Of a stretch of DNA of 64,000 bases, positions 11,545 through 21,518 are shown piece after piece. The first letter of the stretch is position 1. The number at the start of each line of letters is the position of its first letter. Under the pieces are notes generated by a model, which did no database searches, was not told the origin of the DNA, and was given only the letters and a program-made list of their open reading frames with translations. Origin of the DNA: an uncultured bacterium (lineage in GTDB: Bacteria > Oederibacteriota > Oederibacteriia > Oederibacteriales > Oederibacteriaceae); the NCBI GenBank assembly GCA_965112635.1, contig OZ218778.1, forward strand, positions 1,728,001 through 1,792,000, in the 5' to 3' direction. The translations under genes and the position numbers were made by a program.

Positions 11545-11581
11545 CCTGTTCCGCCTCGCGAAAAAAGGGAGTTGAGCCCAT

Positions 11582-12574
11582 TTGACCGCTAACATTATTA
11601 CCATCCTGCTCAGCCTTGCCGTTATCCTTTTCTCCTGCCAGTTGTTCGTCAATGCCGTAGAATGGCTGGGCCGCCTGCTCAAGGTCAGGCAGGGGGTCGT
11701 GGGAAGCATCCTGGCCGCCCTGGGCACAGCCATGCCCGAAACCGTTGTTCCGCTTATCGCCATCCTATTCACCGGCACCGCGGCGGGAATGGATATTGGA
11801 ATGGGGTCCATCATTGGCGCCCCTTTTATGCTTTCCACGCTGTCTTTGTGCATCACAGGTGCCAGCGTGTTCGTCTTTACCTGGATGGGACGGAGGAAGG
11901 TCAAAATCACCGCGGACAAAAAACTCCTGGCCAAAGACCTGTCATTTTTCATTGTTTTTTACCTGGTTGCGGTGCTGTCCTCTTTTATCCCTGGTTATAC
12001 CTGGCATCTGTGGATCGGCCTTGGCCTTTTGTGTTCCTACGCCTTTTATGTCAGGGTCACCCTGGTTTCCGGGTCGTTTCTTGAGGAAAAACTGGAAGTC
12101 CTTCTGGCCAAAAAATATTTGGGTTTGAATCCGGGGATGGCCGTAGTGGTGTTGCAGCTCCTGGTCAGCGTGGGACTCTTAACCGCCGGAGCGCATTTTT
12201 TTGTGGGAGCTTTGGCCGACATCGCGGCCAGCCTGGGAGCCAGCCCGTTCCTGCTGTCTCTCCTGATCACACCTGTAGTTACAGAGCTTCCGGAAAAGTT
12301 CAATTCGGTCATCTGGATGGGAAGGAAAAAGGATACCCTGGCTTTGGGCAATGTCACGGGCTCCATGGTCTTTCAGTGCTGTTTTCCCATGGTCATCGGC
12401 ATGCTTTTTACGCCCTGGCACCTGAGTGGACTGACCCTCGTGGTCAGCCTCCTGACCCTTGTCTCGGCCGGCATGGTCCTTACCTGGGTCAAAACCCGGC
12501 GCTCTATCAATCCTTATGTCCTCATGTCCTGCGGTTTGTTTTACCTGGTTTTGCTGGGGTATATGCTGGTCTAG
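11582..12574 (+). CDS. Sodium:calcium antiporter (CaCA family)
   Basis: Two alpha-repeats ALGTAMPE and TELPE...ALGNVTGS; about 10 TM helices; TTG start after GGGAG. Confidence 0.88.
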   Translation: MTANIITILLSLAVILFSCQLFVNAVEWLGRLLKVRQGVVGSILAALGTAMPETVVPLIAILFTGTAAGMDIGMGSIIGAPFMLSTLSLCITGASVFVFTWMGRRKVKITADKKLLAKDLSFFIVFYLVAVLSSFIPGYTWHLWIGLGLLCSYAFYVRVTLVSGSFLEEKLEVLLAKKYLGLNPGMAVVVLQLLVSVGLLTAGAHFFVGALADIAASLGASPFLLSLLITPVVTELPEKFNSVIWMGRKKDTLALGNVTGSMVFQCCFPMVIGMLFTPWHLSGLTLVVSLLTLVSAGMVLTWVKTRRSINPYVLMSCGLFYLVLLGYMLV

Positions 12575-12709
12575 CCGTTCAGGCCAGCCGAGGAGTAACA
12601 AAAATAATAAATTCTTCAGCTTTAATTTAATAAGGCTGGATTTGAGGTAGAATTATCTCAGGTGGGGGCAGGTATCTATTGAATCTTATACTAAAAAACC
12701 ACGAGGGGG

Positions 12710-13057
12710 GTGAAAACAGTGAAAATTATCAAAATAATATTACTAGTCATCTTGGCATTTACTTTAGGCGGAGCTTCTTTAGTGCTCGCCCAGACAGCGG
12801 CTGTTACTCCGACAGCGGACCAGACGACTCTGGATTTGCAGAATAAAGTAAAAGCGGAGGCTATGGTAGTCAAGGCTGACAGGGCCAAACTGAGAAAGGA
12901 CATGATGACTAATGACACCGCGGCGGTCGCGGCGGACAGAGCTCAGTTAAGAATAGACATGAAAAAGTTAATAACCGATGATGCCAAGCTGAGAGATGCC
13001 ACGGGGCCATTAAGGCCTACAAAAAAGTCCTATATGAAAACTCCGACATATAAATAA
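12710..13057 (+). CDS. Small secreted helical hypothetical protein
   Basis: Signal peptide (MKTVKIIKIILLVILAF...VLA), repeated ADRA.LR.DM helices, AT-rich, GAGGGG RBS. Confidence 0.65.
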   Translation: MKTVKIIKIILLVILAFTLGGASLVLAQTAAVTPTADQTTLDLQNKVKAEAMVVKADRAKLRKDMMTNDTAAVAADRAQLRIDMKKLITDDAKLRDATGPLRPTKKSYMKTPTYK

Positions 13058-13231
13058 TGATTTTACAAAGGTCAAAAGAAAGGGGAAGCAATTTTTCCGC
13101 TTTCCTTGAATTTTTAGCCTTGTTCCTGGGTCAAAACCCGCCAATCCAGCAAACCTGAAGACCTTTTAATTCGCAAAATATACGCTAAACTTATGGGAAA
13201 ATCTTCTTGAAATGGGAGTGTTGCTAAAGCG

Positions 13232-16162
13232 GTGAAGAAAACCTTTTTATGGTCATTCATTCTGGTCAGCCTGGTGTTGAGTTTGCCTCAGCCAGCCTTT
13301 TCCTACCAGACCTACGGCGATGCTTTTAACCTGGCCTATGAGCTGTATGTGAACAACAGTTTTTACTTGGCCCGCAATGATTTTAACTCCCTGTTATGCC
13401 AGCAAGCCATTCCCGCGCCAGAACCAGACGCCCTGCTGCTCAGCGCTGACTCTTCCTATTATTTAGACAGCGACAGGGTGGCGATGAAAGACTTTTACAC
13501 CCTGCGTTTAAAATACCCTGATGCGGCCTATTACCGGGATGCTTATTACCGGGAAGGCGAGATCTTGTTCCGCAACGGGGCCTATGGCAAAGCCATCAGC
13601 TCTTTTCACCAGGTCATCAACCGGGGCGCGGACGACGACATGCATTTCAAGGCTGAGTTCCTGACCGGCGAAAGCTATATGGCCCTCAAGCAGTACAAAG
13701 AGGCAGCCGAATGTTTCAGTGACCTGGCCGCTGACCAGGAGCTGTTTTTCTGCGACCTGGCCCTCTTGGAATGGGCCAAGGACCTGTATCTATACGGCGC
13801 TCCCAAGCACAGCCTGGACAAGATCAAGCAATTTGAGGACACCTATCCCCATTCCAGGCTTTTGAACGAGGCCCTGTATTGGAAAGCCAGGGACTGCGAA
13901 GACCTGATCGACATCACGGATATGCAGGCGGCCTACGAGCAGCTGTTCAAGATATCCCCGGAAAAGAGCATCTGGGAGTCCGAGGCGCTCTACGGCCTGG
14001 GTCTGGCCCAGGAAAAACAAGCCCACTACGACACGGCCATGGAAAAGTTTAGCAGCGTGGCGGACCGCAATGTCAACAGCGAGATCGTGTCCCGGTCCCT
14101 GTTCCATATCGGGTTTTGCCTGGCCAAGACCGGGGCCTATGACAAGGCCAAGGAGTTCTTTCAAAAGGCCCTGAGCCAGTCCTCGCAGAGCGAAATGGCC
14201 GGCGCTTCCCAGTACGCCCTGGGCTGGCTGGCCGCCAAGCAGAACCGCTTTGAAACCGCCCTGACCGAATACGAGAAGCTCTCCAGCATCTATCCCCAGG
14301 GGCTTTTGGGCACGCAGGGGGAATACGCCCAGGCCGGCAGTCTCTACAGCCTGGGCAAATATGACGAGGCCCTGGCACTTTACCAGAAAGTTTCCGAGGA
14401 AAAGCCCATGAGCCAGATCACCTGGGGGGCCCGTTTTGGGATGGCCAGGGTTTACCAGAAAAAGCAGGAAAAAGAAAAGGCTTTGGAGTTGTTCCAGAAC
14501 ATCGTGGCGGACAGCGATTCCGTGCAGTGGGCCGCTTTCAGCCAGTACGCCATCGGCGAATACTGGTACGAGCGGGGAGACCTGGCCAAGGCCAGGGACG
14601 AATACGAAAAGGTCGTGAAAAACTACCCGGATACGGATACCGTGGTGCTGGCCCTGGTGTCCTCGGGCTGGTGCAGGTTCCAGCTCCAGGATTACGACAA
14701 GGCCTGGTCCAACCTCAACGATGCCGTGGCCAAACGCAGCGCGGCGGCTATGAGGCCGTGGATTGAGAACCTGATGGGCGACATCCAGTTCAACCAAAAA
14801 AAATACGAGAACGCCATCAAGACCTACGACCAGGTGATGCAGATCGCGCCGGACAGCGCGGATATGGTGCGGGCCCTGATGCAAAAAGGGTGGTGCTACT
14901 ACCGGCTCCACGACGACGCCAAGGCCAGGGAGGTCTGGTTGAAAATAGCCGGGCAGTACCCGGACACGCCGGAAGGGCCCCAGGCCCAGTACTGGGAGGC
15001 CTGGGTGCTTTTCAGCGCCAACAAATACGACGAGGCGAGGGTGGAGTTCCAGAAGATGCTGGACGCCTATCCCAAACAGCACCCGCTTTGCCCGGACGCC
15101 CTGCTGCACCTAGGGGACTGCTATTACAACACGGCCAAGTATGACGACTGTATCAAGGCTTACCAAAGGTTTTTGGACGCCTATCCCCAGAGCCCCAAGG
15201 TGGCGGAAGCCCTTTACGGCCTGCAGTGGGGCTACGCCCAGATGGGCAAGACCCAGGAATCTTTGGAAGTGGGCAAGCAGTTCCTCAACCGCTACAGCGA
15301 CCATCCCCTGAGCAACGAGGTCCTGTATTACCAGGCCGAAGTCTACCTCAAGGATAACGACATCAAGGACGCCATCGCCAGTTTTAGCAAGATCGTGGCC
15401 AAGGCGCCCACCTCGGAACTGGGCCAGAGGGCCCAAATGGCTACGGCCCAGGCCTATGAAAAAGGCGGTTTGGACAACCTGGCCCTGGACACCTATTCCC
15501 AGATCGTGGCCAAGAACCCCAAAGGCCAGTTCGGGGCAGAGGCGCTGTTCCATATGGCCTCCATCAATTTCCGGGGAGGTTCGTATGACCAGGCCCTGGA
15601 AAATTACCAGAAGATACTGGACCTTTTCCCGGATTCCAACCTGACCGTGCAGACCCTTTTTAACTTGGCCATCACTTACAAAAAGATGGGCAAGGCCCAG
15701 CAGGCCCTGGACCTGTGGAAAAAAGTGGGGGAAAAATTTCCCCAGAGCAATTTGGCTGACCAGGCCCTGATGCAGTCCGGCCTGATGATGGAGGACAATA
15801 AGGATCTGGATCAGGCCCTGTCCTATTACGACAAGGCTTCCCAGTCCCCAAACAGGGCCGTGGCCGCCGAGGCGCTGTTCTGGATGGCGGGCTGTTATGA
15901 AAAGAAGGACTCCGCAGATAAGGCCGTGGAGGTTTACCAAAAAATAGGGGACAGCTACAAGGACCAGGACATGTGGGCGTCCACAGCCCTGGCCAAGGTC
16001 GCGGAGCTCGATATTAAAAAGGGCAAGTTCGACGAAGCAGCCAAAGTCTACCAGCAGATCATCAGCCAGACCACCAATAAGGAATGGAGCAGCGCGGCGC
16101 AGAAGAGGCTGGACGCTCTCAAATCCCAGGCAGGGAGCAAGGATAATACCCATGCGAAATAG
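13232..16162 (+). CDS. Large periplasmic tetratricopeptide-repeat protein (BamD/CpoB-like TPRs)
   Basis: Signal peptide followed by many TPRs (ALY.LG...Y, YP.S...A). Confidence 0.85.
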   Translation: MKKTFLWSFILVSLVLSLPQPAFSYQTYGDAFNLAYELYVNNSFYLARNDFNSLLCQQAIPAPEPDALLLSADSSYYLDSDRVAMKDFYTLRLKYPDAAYYRDAYYREGEILFRNGAYGKAISSFHQVINRGADDDMHFKAEFLTGESYMALKQYKEAAECFSDLAADQELFFCDLALLEWAKDLYLYGAPKHSLDKIKQFEDTYPHSRLLNEALYWKARDCEDLIDITDMQAAYEQLFKISPEKSIWESEALYGLGLAQEKQAHYDTAMEKFSSVADRNVNSEIVSRSLFHIGFCLAKTGAYDKAKEFFQKALSQSSQSEMAGASQYALGWLAAKQNRFETALTEYEKLSSIYPQGLLGTQGEYAQAGSLYSLGKYDEALALYQKVSEEKPMSQITWGARFGMARVYQKKQEKEKALELFQNIVADSDSVQWAAFSQYAIGEYWYERGDLAKARDEYEKVVKNYPDTDTVVLALVSSGWCRFQLQDYDKAWSNLNDAVAKRSAAAMRPWIENLMGDIQFNQKKYENAIKTYDQVMQIAPDSADMVRALMQKGWCYYRLHDDAKAREVWLKIAGQYPDTPEGPQAQYWEAWVLFSANKYDEARVEFQKMLDAYPKQHPLCPDALLHLGDCYYNTAKYDDCIKAYQRFLDAYPQSPKVAEALYGLQWGYAQMGKTQESLEVGKQFLNRYSDHPLSNEVLYYQAEVYLKDNDIKDAIASFSKIVAKAPTSELGQRAQMATAQAYEKGGLDNLALDTYSQIVAKNPKGQFGAEALFHMASINFRGGSYDQALENYQKILDLFPDSNLTVQTLFNLAITYKKMGKAQQALDLWKKVGEKFPQSNLADQALMQSGLMMEDNKDLDQALSYYDKASQSPNRAVAAEALFWMAGCYEKKDSADKAVEVYQKIGDSYKDQDMWASTALAKVAELDIKKGKFDEAAKVYQQIISQTTNKEWSSAAQKRLDALKSQAGSKDNTHAK

Positions 16163-17816
16163 GATATTTACGGCTTTGGGCATTCTATTTTTAACGGTTT
16201 GCTGGTCTGGGGCACAGCAGGCCCAATCACAGGCCAAGCCGCAGGAGGCCCAGCCCCTGCAGGGCCAGCAGGAAGACCAGCTCCTGCTTCGCATCCCGGA
16301 TGTCATCGTGACGGGCGAGAACGAGTCGCTGCTGGCCTCCCAGGGCAAAAAAGAGGCCCTGTCCGACACCCTGCTCAACTTCGATCTCAACCAGGTGGGC
16401 GACATGCTCAAACCGGCGGCGCCGGGCGGGCTGTCGGTGTTCGACCAGCTCAATGAGAGCAGGCAGGAAAGGGAGAACTACACCAGGCTCAACGCGGACC
16501 TGGGGACCGGGCCGCAATTCTCAGCTGACCTGCTCCATGCCCAGGAAAAAGCCGAGGGCAATCTTCTCTTTGATCTGCACGACGAAGCCCTGGTCAAGCC
16601 CCTGGTGAACGGCCAGAACGACCAGAGCCAGGTTTTCAACGGCATAGGCCAGTTCGGCTACAATTTCAAAGACCATCAGGAGCTCAACGGCGATATCGAG
16701 TACATGAACGGAAGGCTGGACCTGCCCTACGGGGCAACAGCCAACGACCGCCAGCAAAAGAGCGAGTTTGGCGCAAACCTGAACTTCAAGAACGGCGACG
16801 ACGTATACTCCTTTGACCTCCAGCCTTACCTCAATGTGGGCCACCGTGACACCGGTGAAGTCACGGATGACAGTGGCACTTATGGACTGAAGGACCAGTT
16901 CTACACGCCCTTGTACCTGGGAGTGGCTTTCCCGACCATGGTCCAGCAGCAGGGCACCCTGCGGTGGGACAATATCAACACCGGGCCTGGCTCCAGCCAG
17001 GAGGTTTTCGCCCAGCTGAACGCAGACTTGATGGCCGAGCCCGTGAAAATACTCCACTTGAGCGTGGGCGCCAATTTTACGGCCATCCAGAGCCTGGATA
17101 ATACGGAAAGCAGGCTTTTTCCGGAGGCCAGGATCGTCTATGACCTGTCGCCCAGAGCCAGGGTTTTCCTGGCCTACCAGCCTGTCCTCGAGGTACCCAC
17201 TTTCGAGGAGCTTTATTTTGATAAGCCCTACACCAAGGTCAGTCCCTCGCTCTATCCGGAAGAGTCCTACAATGTCTTTGAGCAGGGCATGCAGGGAGCC
17301 GTCACCCGCGATATGGATTTTTCCTACACGGTCTTTTGGAAAGAGACCAGGGGTTTCATCAATCTTTCCGGGCCGGACCAGAACAACCTGTGGACACCCT
17401 ATAACCTTACGGTGGTCAAGCAGCAGGGCATCAGGGTGCGGTTGGGCTGGCAGCCCTTTACTACACTCGATTTAGGCCTAAAATATGAGGGAGTCCAGTT
17501 CAATAACTGCGATTCCGGGGACGCCATCACCTACAGCCCGAGCAGTCGGGTGGGAGTTTCCGGGGTCTGGGACGACAAGACCTGGGAGGTGGACCTGGAC
17601 GGGAGTTGGGCGGACAGCCGGTATTACAACCTGACCGGAGGGTCTCTGACTCCTTACTGGCTGGCCAACCTTACGGTCAAAAGGAAAGATGTGGTCAAGG
17701 GATTGACCTTGTGGCTCAAAGGCGAGAACCTGCTCGGCCAGTCTTACCAGCTCTGGCAAGGATACGAGGAACCCGGGGCCACGGCCCTGGTGGGCCTGAC
17801 CTGGGTAATGCAGTAA
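16152..17816 (+). CDS. TonB-dependent receptor-like outer-membrane beta-barrel
   Basis: Signal peptide, TonB-box-like PDVIVTG, PTFEELY, L.PE.S and C-terminal ENLLGQSY....GY..PG motif; overlaps the TPR gene stop. Confidence 0.72.
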   Translation: MRNRIFTALGILFLTVCWSGAQQAQSQAKPQEAQPLQGQQEDQLLLRIPDVIVTGENESLLASQGKKEALSDTLLNFDLNQVGDMLKPAAPGGLSVFDQLNESRQERENYTRLNADLGTGPQFSADLLHAQEKAEGNLLFDLHDEALVKPLVNGQNDQSQVFNGIGQFGYNFKDHQELNGDIEYMNGRLDLPYGATANDRQQKSEFGANLNFKNGDDVYSFDLQPYLNVGHRDTGEVTDDSGTYGLKDQFYTPLYLGVAFPTMVQQQGTLRWDNINTGPGSSQEVFAQLNADLMAEPVKILHLSVGANFTAIQSLDNTESRLFPEARIVYDLSPRARVFLAYQPVLEVPTFEELYFDKPYTKVSPSLYPEESYNVFEQGMQGAVTRDMDFSYTVFWKETRGFINLSGPDQNNLWTPYNLTVVKQQGIRVRLGWQPFTTLDLGLKYEGVQFNNCDSGDAITYSPSSRVGVSGVWDDKTWEVDLDGSWADSRYYNLTGGSLTPYWLANLTVKRKDVVKGLTLWLKGENLLGQSYQLWQGYEEPGATALVGLTWVMQ

Positions 17817-17847
17817 TTCTAGCGGTTTGAGGGCAACGGTTTTTTAC

Positions 17848-17986
17848 TTAACAGGTTGCTTAAGAAGTCCCATATCAGGGACTTCTTAAAATTTATTGAG
17901 CTCTAAAACACCGCAAATCCCTGCGGGTTTGCGGTGTAACAGGCTGCTAAAGGACCCTTTATTAGGGTTTTGCAGCAGCCTGTTAA
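17848..17986. repeat. MITE-like palindromic element with three hairpins
   Basis: Terminal IR ttaacaggttgct / agcagcctgttaa; internal hairpins 17860-17889, 17908-17937, 17937-17985. Confidence 0.55.
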
Positions 17987-18013
17987 TTTTATCCAATATT
18001 AAAAGGAGGTCTC

Positions 18014-18640
18014 ATGTTAGAGAACGACAGTTTTTGGTCCATGTTGGTCAAAGGGGGCTGGACCATGCTCCCGCTGTTCCTCTGCTCGGTGCTGTCGCTG
18101 GGCGTGATCGCCGAAAGGCTCTGGGTCTTTTTCAAGAGCAAGGTGGATACCCCGGGGTTGATGGAAAAACTGGGCGGCCTGCTCAGGAAAAAGGACATTG
18201 CCGGAGCGGTCTCCTTGTGCGACCAGACCGGAGGGCCTGTAGGCCGCACCCTTAAGGCCGGCTTGGTGAAAAAAGGCAAAAGCGCCAAGGAGGTCGAAGA
18301 GGCCATGCTGGTCAAGGCCAGGGAAGAGGTCCTGGACCTGGAAAAGCATCTGGCCATCGTGGGGACCATCGGCAACATCGCTCCTTTTATCGGTTTATTT
18401 GGCACAGTGCTGGGGGTCATCCGGGCTTTTAACGACATCGCTTTGACAGGCAGCGGAGGCGCGGCCGTGGTCGCCAAAGGCATTGCCGAGGCCCTGATCG
18501 CCACTGCCGGAGGCCTGTTCGTGGCCGTGCCCGCGGTCATCGGCTATAACTACCTGCTCAACTGGGTGGAGCGCTACAGCACCGAGCTGCAGAGCTGCTG
18601 CGAAGAGACCCTCGACCTCCTGGAATCAAAGGAAAACTGA
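18014..18640 (+). CDS. exbB: MotA/TolQ/ExbB proton channel protein
   Basis: APFIGLFGTVLGVI.AF, GIAEALIATA.GL.VA.PA motifs; AGGAGG RBS. Confidence 0.93.
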   Translation: MLENDSFWSMLVKGGWTMLPLFLCSVLSLGVIAERLWVFFKSKVDTPGLMEKLGGLLRKKDIAGAVSLCDQTGGPVGRTLKAGLVKKGKSAKEVEEAMLVKAREEVLDLEKHLAIVGTIGNIAPFIGLFGTVLGVIRAFNDIALTGSGGAAVVAKGIAEALIATAGGLFVAVPAVIGYNYLLNWVERYSTELQSCCEETLDLLESKEN

Positions 18641-18641
18641 C

Positions 18642-19055
18642 ATGGAGAACATCAGAGGGAACGCCAAACGACGCATCATTTCTGAGATCAACATCACCCC
18701 GCTCACGGACGTGGCCCTGGTCCTGCTGGTCATATTCATGGTGACCTCCCCGCTCCTCATCCAGACGGGTTTCAAGGTAAAACTGCCCGAGGCGCACGCG
18801 GCCACCAGCCAGCCCAGCACGCCCCTCATCATCACCCTGACCAGAGAGGGAAAGATCTTCCTGAACGATCAGATGTCGGTCAGCCGGCAGCAGCTGGGGG
18901 ACATCCTCAAACAAAAATTGACGCAGAACAACGACCAGGTCGTCCTGGTCAGGGCTGACCAGAACGCCAGGCACGGTGACGTGGTGGAACTGCTGGACAT
19001 CGCCAAGGCCGCTGGCGCGCAAAAGCTGGCCATTGCCGTCGAGAACAAGCCTTGA
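18642..19055 (+). CDS. exbD: ExbD/TolR biopolymer transport protein
   Basis: EINITPLTDVALVLLVIFMVT, RAD....G.VV...D motifs. Confidence 0.93.
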   Translation: MENIRGNAKRRIISEINITPLTDVALVLLVIFMVTSPLLIQTGFKVKLPEAHAATSQPSTPLIITLTREGKIFLNDQMSVSRQQLGDILKQKLTQNNDQVVLVRADQNARHGDVVELLDIAKAAGAQKLAIAVENKP

Positions 19056-19086
19056 CCTTACGGGCTGATTTTCCAGGGGAGTCCTG

Positions 19087-19752
19087 ATGGCTATCAAAAG
19101 CAAATTACCCTTATTTCTTCTCTATTCCCTTGTTTTCCACGCGGTGCTGTTCCTTGTCCTGGCCCTGGTCAGATTAAGATCGGACATGACGCCTCTGTTC
19201 ACGGAAGTGACCCTGGTCGGCCTGACGCCCAAGGGGAATTATGGGACCGTGGCCGGGCCGGCAGCGCCGGGAGCCAAAAAAACAGCGGCCAAAAAGTCCG
19301 TCAGCTCGAGACGGGATGAGATCAGCCTGGCCAGGAAAAGAATGGCTGAGAAGATAAAGAAAAGCATCGCCGAAAACCCCATCGGCGTGGAGACCAAGGA
19401 CGATACCGACCCGGGTTTGATTAACGAGAACGCGGGCAATACCTACGGGGTGCCGCAGGGAGCCAGCATCAGCGGGCCCATTGCCCAGCGTAAGATAGCG
19501 CGTTCAATCACGCCGGAATATCCGGACTGGGCGAAAAAGCAGGGCATCGAGTCGTCCGTGACGCTCAATGTGGGGGTACTGGCCAGCGGCATGGTGGATT
19601 CGTTCATCCGCATCACCAAGACCAGCGGCTACAAGGAACTGGACCAGATCGCCATCCAGGCCATGATGCAGTGGGGGTTCGAGCCTCTCTCGCCCTATGT
19701 CAACCAGGACGAGCAGTGGGGCACCATCACCTTTTACTTCAAGCTGAAGTAA
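19087..19752 (+). CDS. tonB: Energy transducer TonB
   Basis: TM anchor S...H, PEYPDWAKKQGIE, TSGYKELDQ.A TonB C-terminal domain. Confidence 0.88.
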   Translation: MAIKSKLPLFLLYSLVFHAVLFLVLALVRLRSDMTPLFTEVTLVGLTPKGNYGTVAGPAAPGAKKTAAKKSVSSRRDEISLARKRMAEKIKKSIAENPIGVETKDDTDPGLINENAGNTYGVPQGASISGPIAQRKIARSITPEYPDWAKKQGIESSVTLNVGVLASGMVDSFIRITKTSGYKELDQIAIQAMMQWGFEPLSPYVNQDEQWGTITFYFKLK

Positions 19753-19802
19753 TTCCCGCCTTTAGTTTTCATCCTTTCAAGCCGTGGAAAAAATATTAAA
19801 AG

Positions 19803-19833
19803 GATGTAACCTTTTAGTACCACAGGCGTTTAA
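19803..19833 (+). promoter_or_regulatory. Putative ECF sigma promoter (TGTAAC-N16-CGTT), autoregulatory
   Basis: gatgtaacctttt...gcgtttaat directly upstream of the sigma gene; same motif and spacing recur at 21519. Confidence 0.72.
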
Positions 19834-19848
19834 TGAGAAGGGACCATT

Positions 19849-20445
19849 ATGGGGTATAGGTCAGACGAGGAACTGATGCAGGAGTTAGCAGGGGGAAATG
19901 TGAAGGCTATGGATACCCTGCTGGAAAGGTATAAGGAGAAAATGCTTACTTTTTTAAGCCAGCGGATGGGCAATGTCGCATTGGCTGAAGACCTTTTTCA
20001 GGAGGTGTTTTTCAGGGTTTACCAGGCCCGGCGGTCATACCAGCCCACGGCTAAGTTTTCCACCTGGCTGTATACGATAGCCCAGCATCTGTGCATAGAC
20101 AGCCATAGGAAGACCTCAAGGAACCCTACGGTTTCCCTGGAAAAACCGCTGGCCGGGGAACAGGGCGACCAGGAACTTCTTTGGAAGGACCGCCTGGCGT
20201 CCGGGGAACAGACGCCTCTGCAAAAAGCGGAGCACAGTGAAAAAAGCGAGATAGTGCGTCAGGCTTTATCAGCTTTACCGGAGGAACAGCGGACTCTGCT
20301 CCTATTGAGTTCATATGCCGGGTTACCTTATAAAGAAATCGCCAGGGTTTTAAACTGCTCCATGGCGGCTTTGAAAGTCCGGGTTTTCAGGGCCCATCAA
20401 GCGCTGAGAAACAAACTAAAACCAAAGAAGGATGACCTGATATGA
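19849..20445 (+). CDS. ECF RNA polymerase sigma-70 factor
   Basis: SDEELM, AEDLFQEVF, FSTWLYTIA, region 4 L.YKEIA.VL.C.....K.R..RA. Confidence 0.93.
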   Translation: MGYRSDEELMQELAGGNVKAMDTLLERYKEKMLTFLSQRMGNVALAEDLFQEVFFRVYQARRSYQPTAKFSTWLYTIAQHLCIDSHRKTSRNPTVSLEKPLAGEQGDQELLWKDRLASGEQTPLQKAEHSEKSEIVRQALSALPEEQRTLLLLSSYAGLPYKEIARVLNCSMAALKVRVFRAHQALRNKLKPKKDDLI

Positions 20446-21518
20446 AACATGTGAAACAACAGCTGCCTTTTTATATCAGTGGTGAGATGAGTGGAGAACA
20501 AGCCCGCCAAATAGAGGCCCACTTGGAAGAATGTTTAACCTGCCGCAAAGAATGGGAGTCTTTGCAGGCGGAGCAGGCTTTGCTCGCATCCATTAAGCCA
20601 ACTGTTCCTTCGCGGAAACTGGTCTCAGCCACCCTGGAAAAGATCCATCAGCAAGCCAGGCAGGACGGCTTAAAAGTATCCTGGGCTGAACAACTGTCCT
20701 CTTATTTCTCTCCCATATTTAAACCGGCTTATGTGGGTATAGCGGCCCTTGTTATCATGGCTGTTGTCGCTATTTTTTATCAGAGAGGTATTTTTCCAAA
20801 ACTACAGACGCCCCTGGCGTTAAATCCTTCAGCGGTGCTGACACCCCAGGGGAACAGGCCACCTCTCGTCGCTGAAAACAAAAATGCAAAACAACCAGCC
20901 AATCGTATGATTGCCCAGGCAGGCTCTCGGCCAGTGCTGGAAAAACAATCAACCATAAATTCTGAAGAAAACAGAGGTAAAGGTTCTCCTGTGCTTGTCC
21001 AGGGAATTCAGCCCCTGGTGACGCCGGCCATGAACAGCGGCCCGGTGGCGCATCCGCAGGCTCCCGCACAACTGGCCATGGCTCCGGGTACTGGAGCGCC
21101 TCGCCTTGCAGGGGCAGGTACGGGTCAGCAACCAGCGCAGCGCGGTATTGCCTCCTCTAAGCAACCTGGGGCGGGAGGCGAAAAGACAGTGACCCCTGTG
21201 TCTATGACTCCAAGCCCTATCGTCACACCCATAGATAAACCCTTTAAGGTCGGCATAAATATCATCAGGCCCGGGAACGGGGAAAAGGCCCAATTTACCT
21301 ATAAATTGAGCCAGCCCAGCCAGGTTACCATCAAGATCTACACTCAGGCGGGCCACTTGGTGCAGACCATTACGGATGAGTTCAAGCAGGCCGGCCAATT
21401 TGAAGATTCCTGGGATGGGTCCTATAAAGAAGGGACGCTGGCCGCCAGCGGTGTTTATTTTGTCACTTTTGAGACGAACCAGTATAAAACCACCCGTAAA
21501 ATTATCATTGTGAAATAA
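20442..21518 (+). CDS. Zinc-binding (zf-HC2) transmembrane anti-sigma factor with C-terminal FlgD-Ig/T9SS-like CTD
   Basis: HLEECLTC ZAS motif, one TM helix, P/A/Q-rich linker, C-terminal IKIY...G..V...WDG....ASGVYF...RKIIIVK; ATGA overlap with the sigma stop. Confidence 0.85.
   Translation: MKHVKQQLPFYISGEMSGEQARQIEAHLEECLTCRKEWESLQAEQALLASIKPTVPSRKLVSATLEKIHQQARQDGLKVSWAEQLSSYFSPIFKPAYVGIAALVIMAVVAIFYQRGIFPKLQTPLALNPSAVLTPQGNRPPLVAENKNAKQPANRMIAQAGSRPVLEKQSTINSEENRGKGSPVLVQGIQPLVTPAMNSGPVAHPQAPAQLAMAPGTGAPRLAGAGTGQQPAQRGIASSKQPGAGGEKTVTPVSMTPSPIVTPIDKPFKVGINIIRPGNGEKAQFTYKLSQPSQVTIKIYTQAGHLVQTITDEFKQAGQFEDSWDGSYKEGTLAASGVYFVTFETNQYKTTRKIIIVK

Noticed and set aside
13790-16453. Long minus-strand ORFs (439 and 447 aa)
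   Set aside because: Antisense shadows of the well-supported TPR and receptor genes; no motifs. The same applies to 10822-11952, 29960-30988, 42418-43398 and 23119-23982.
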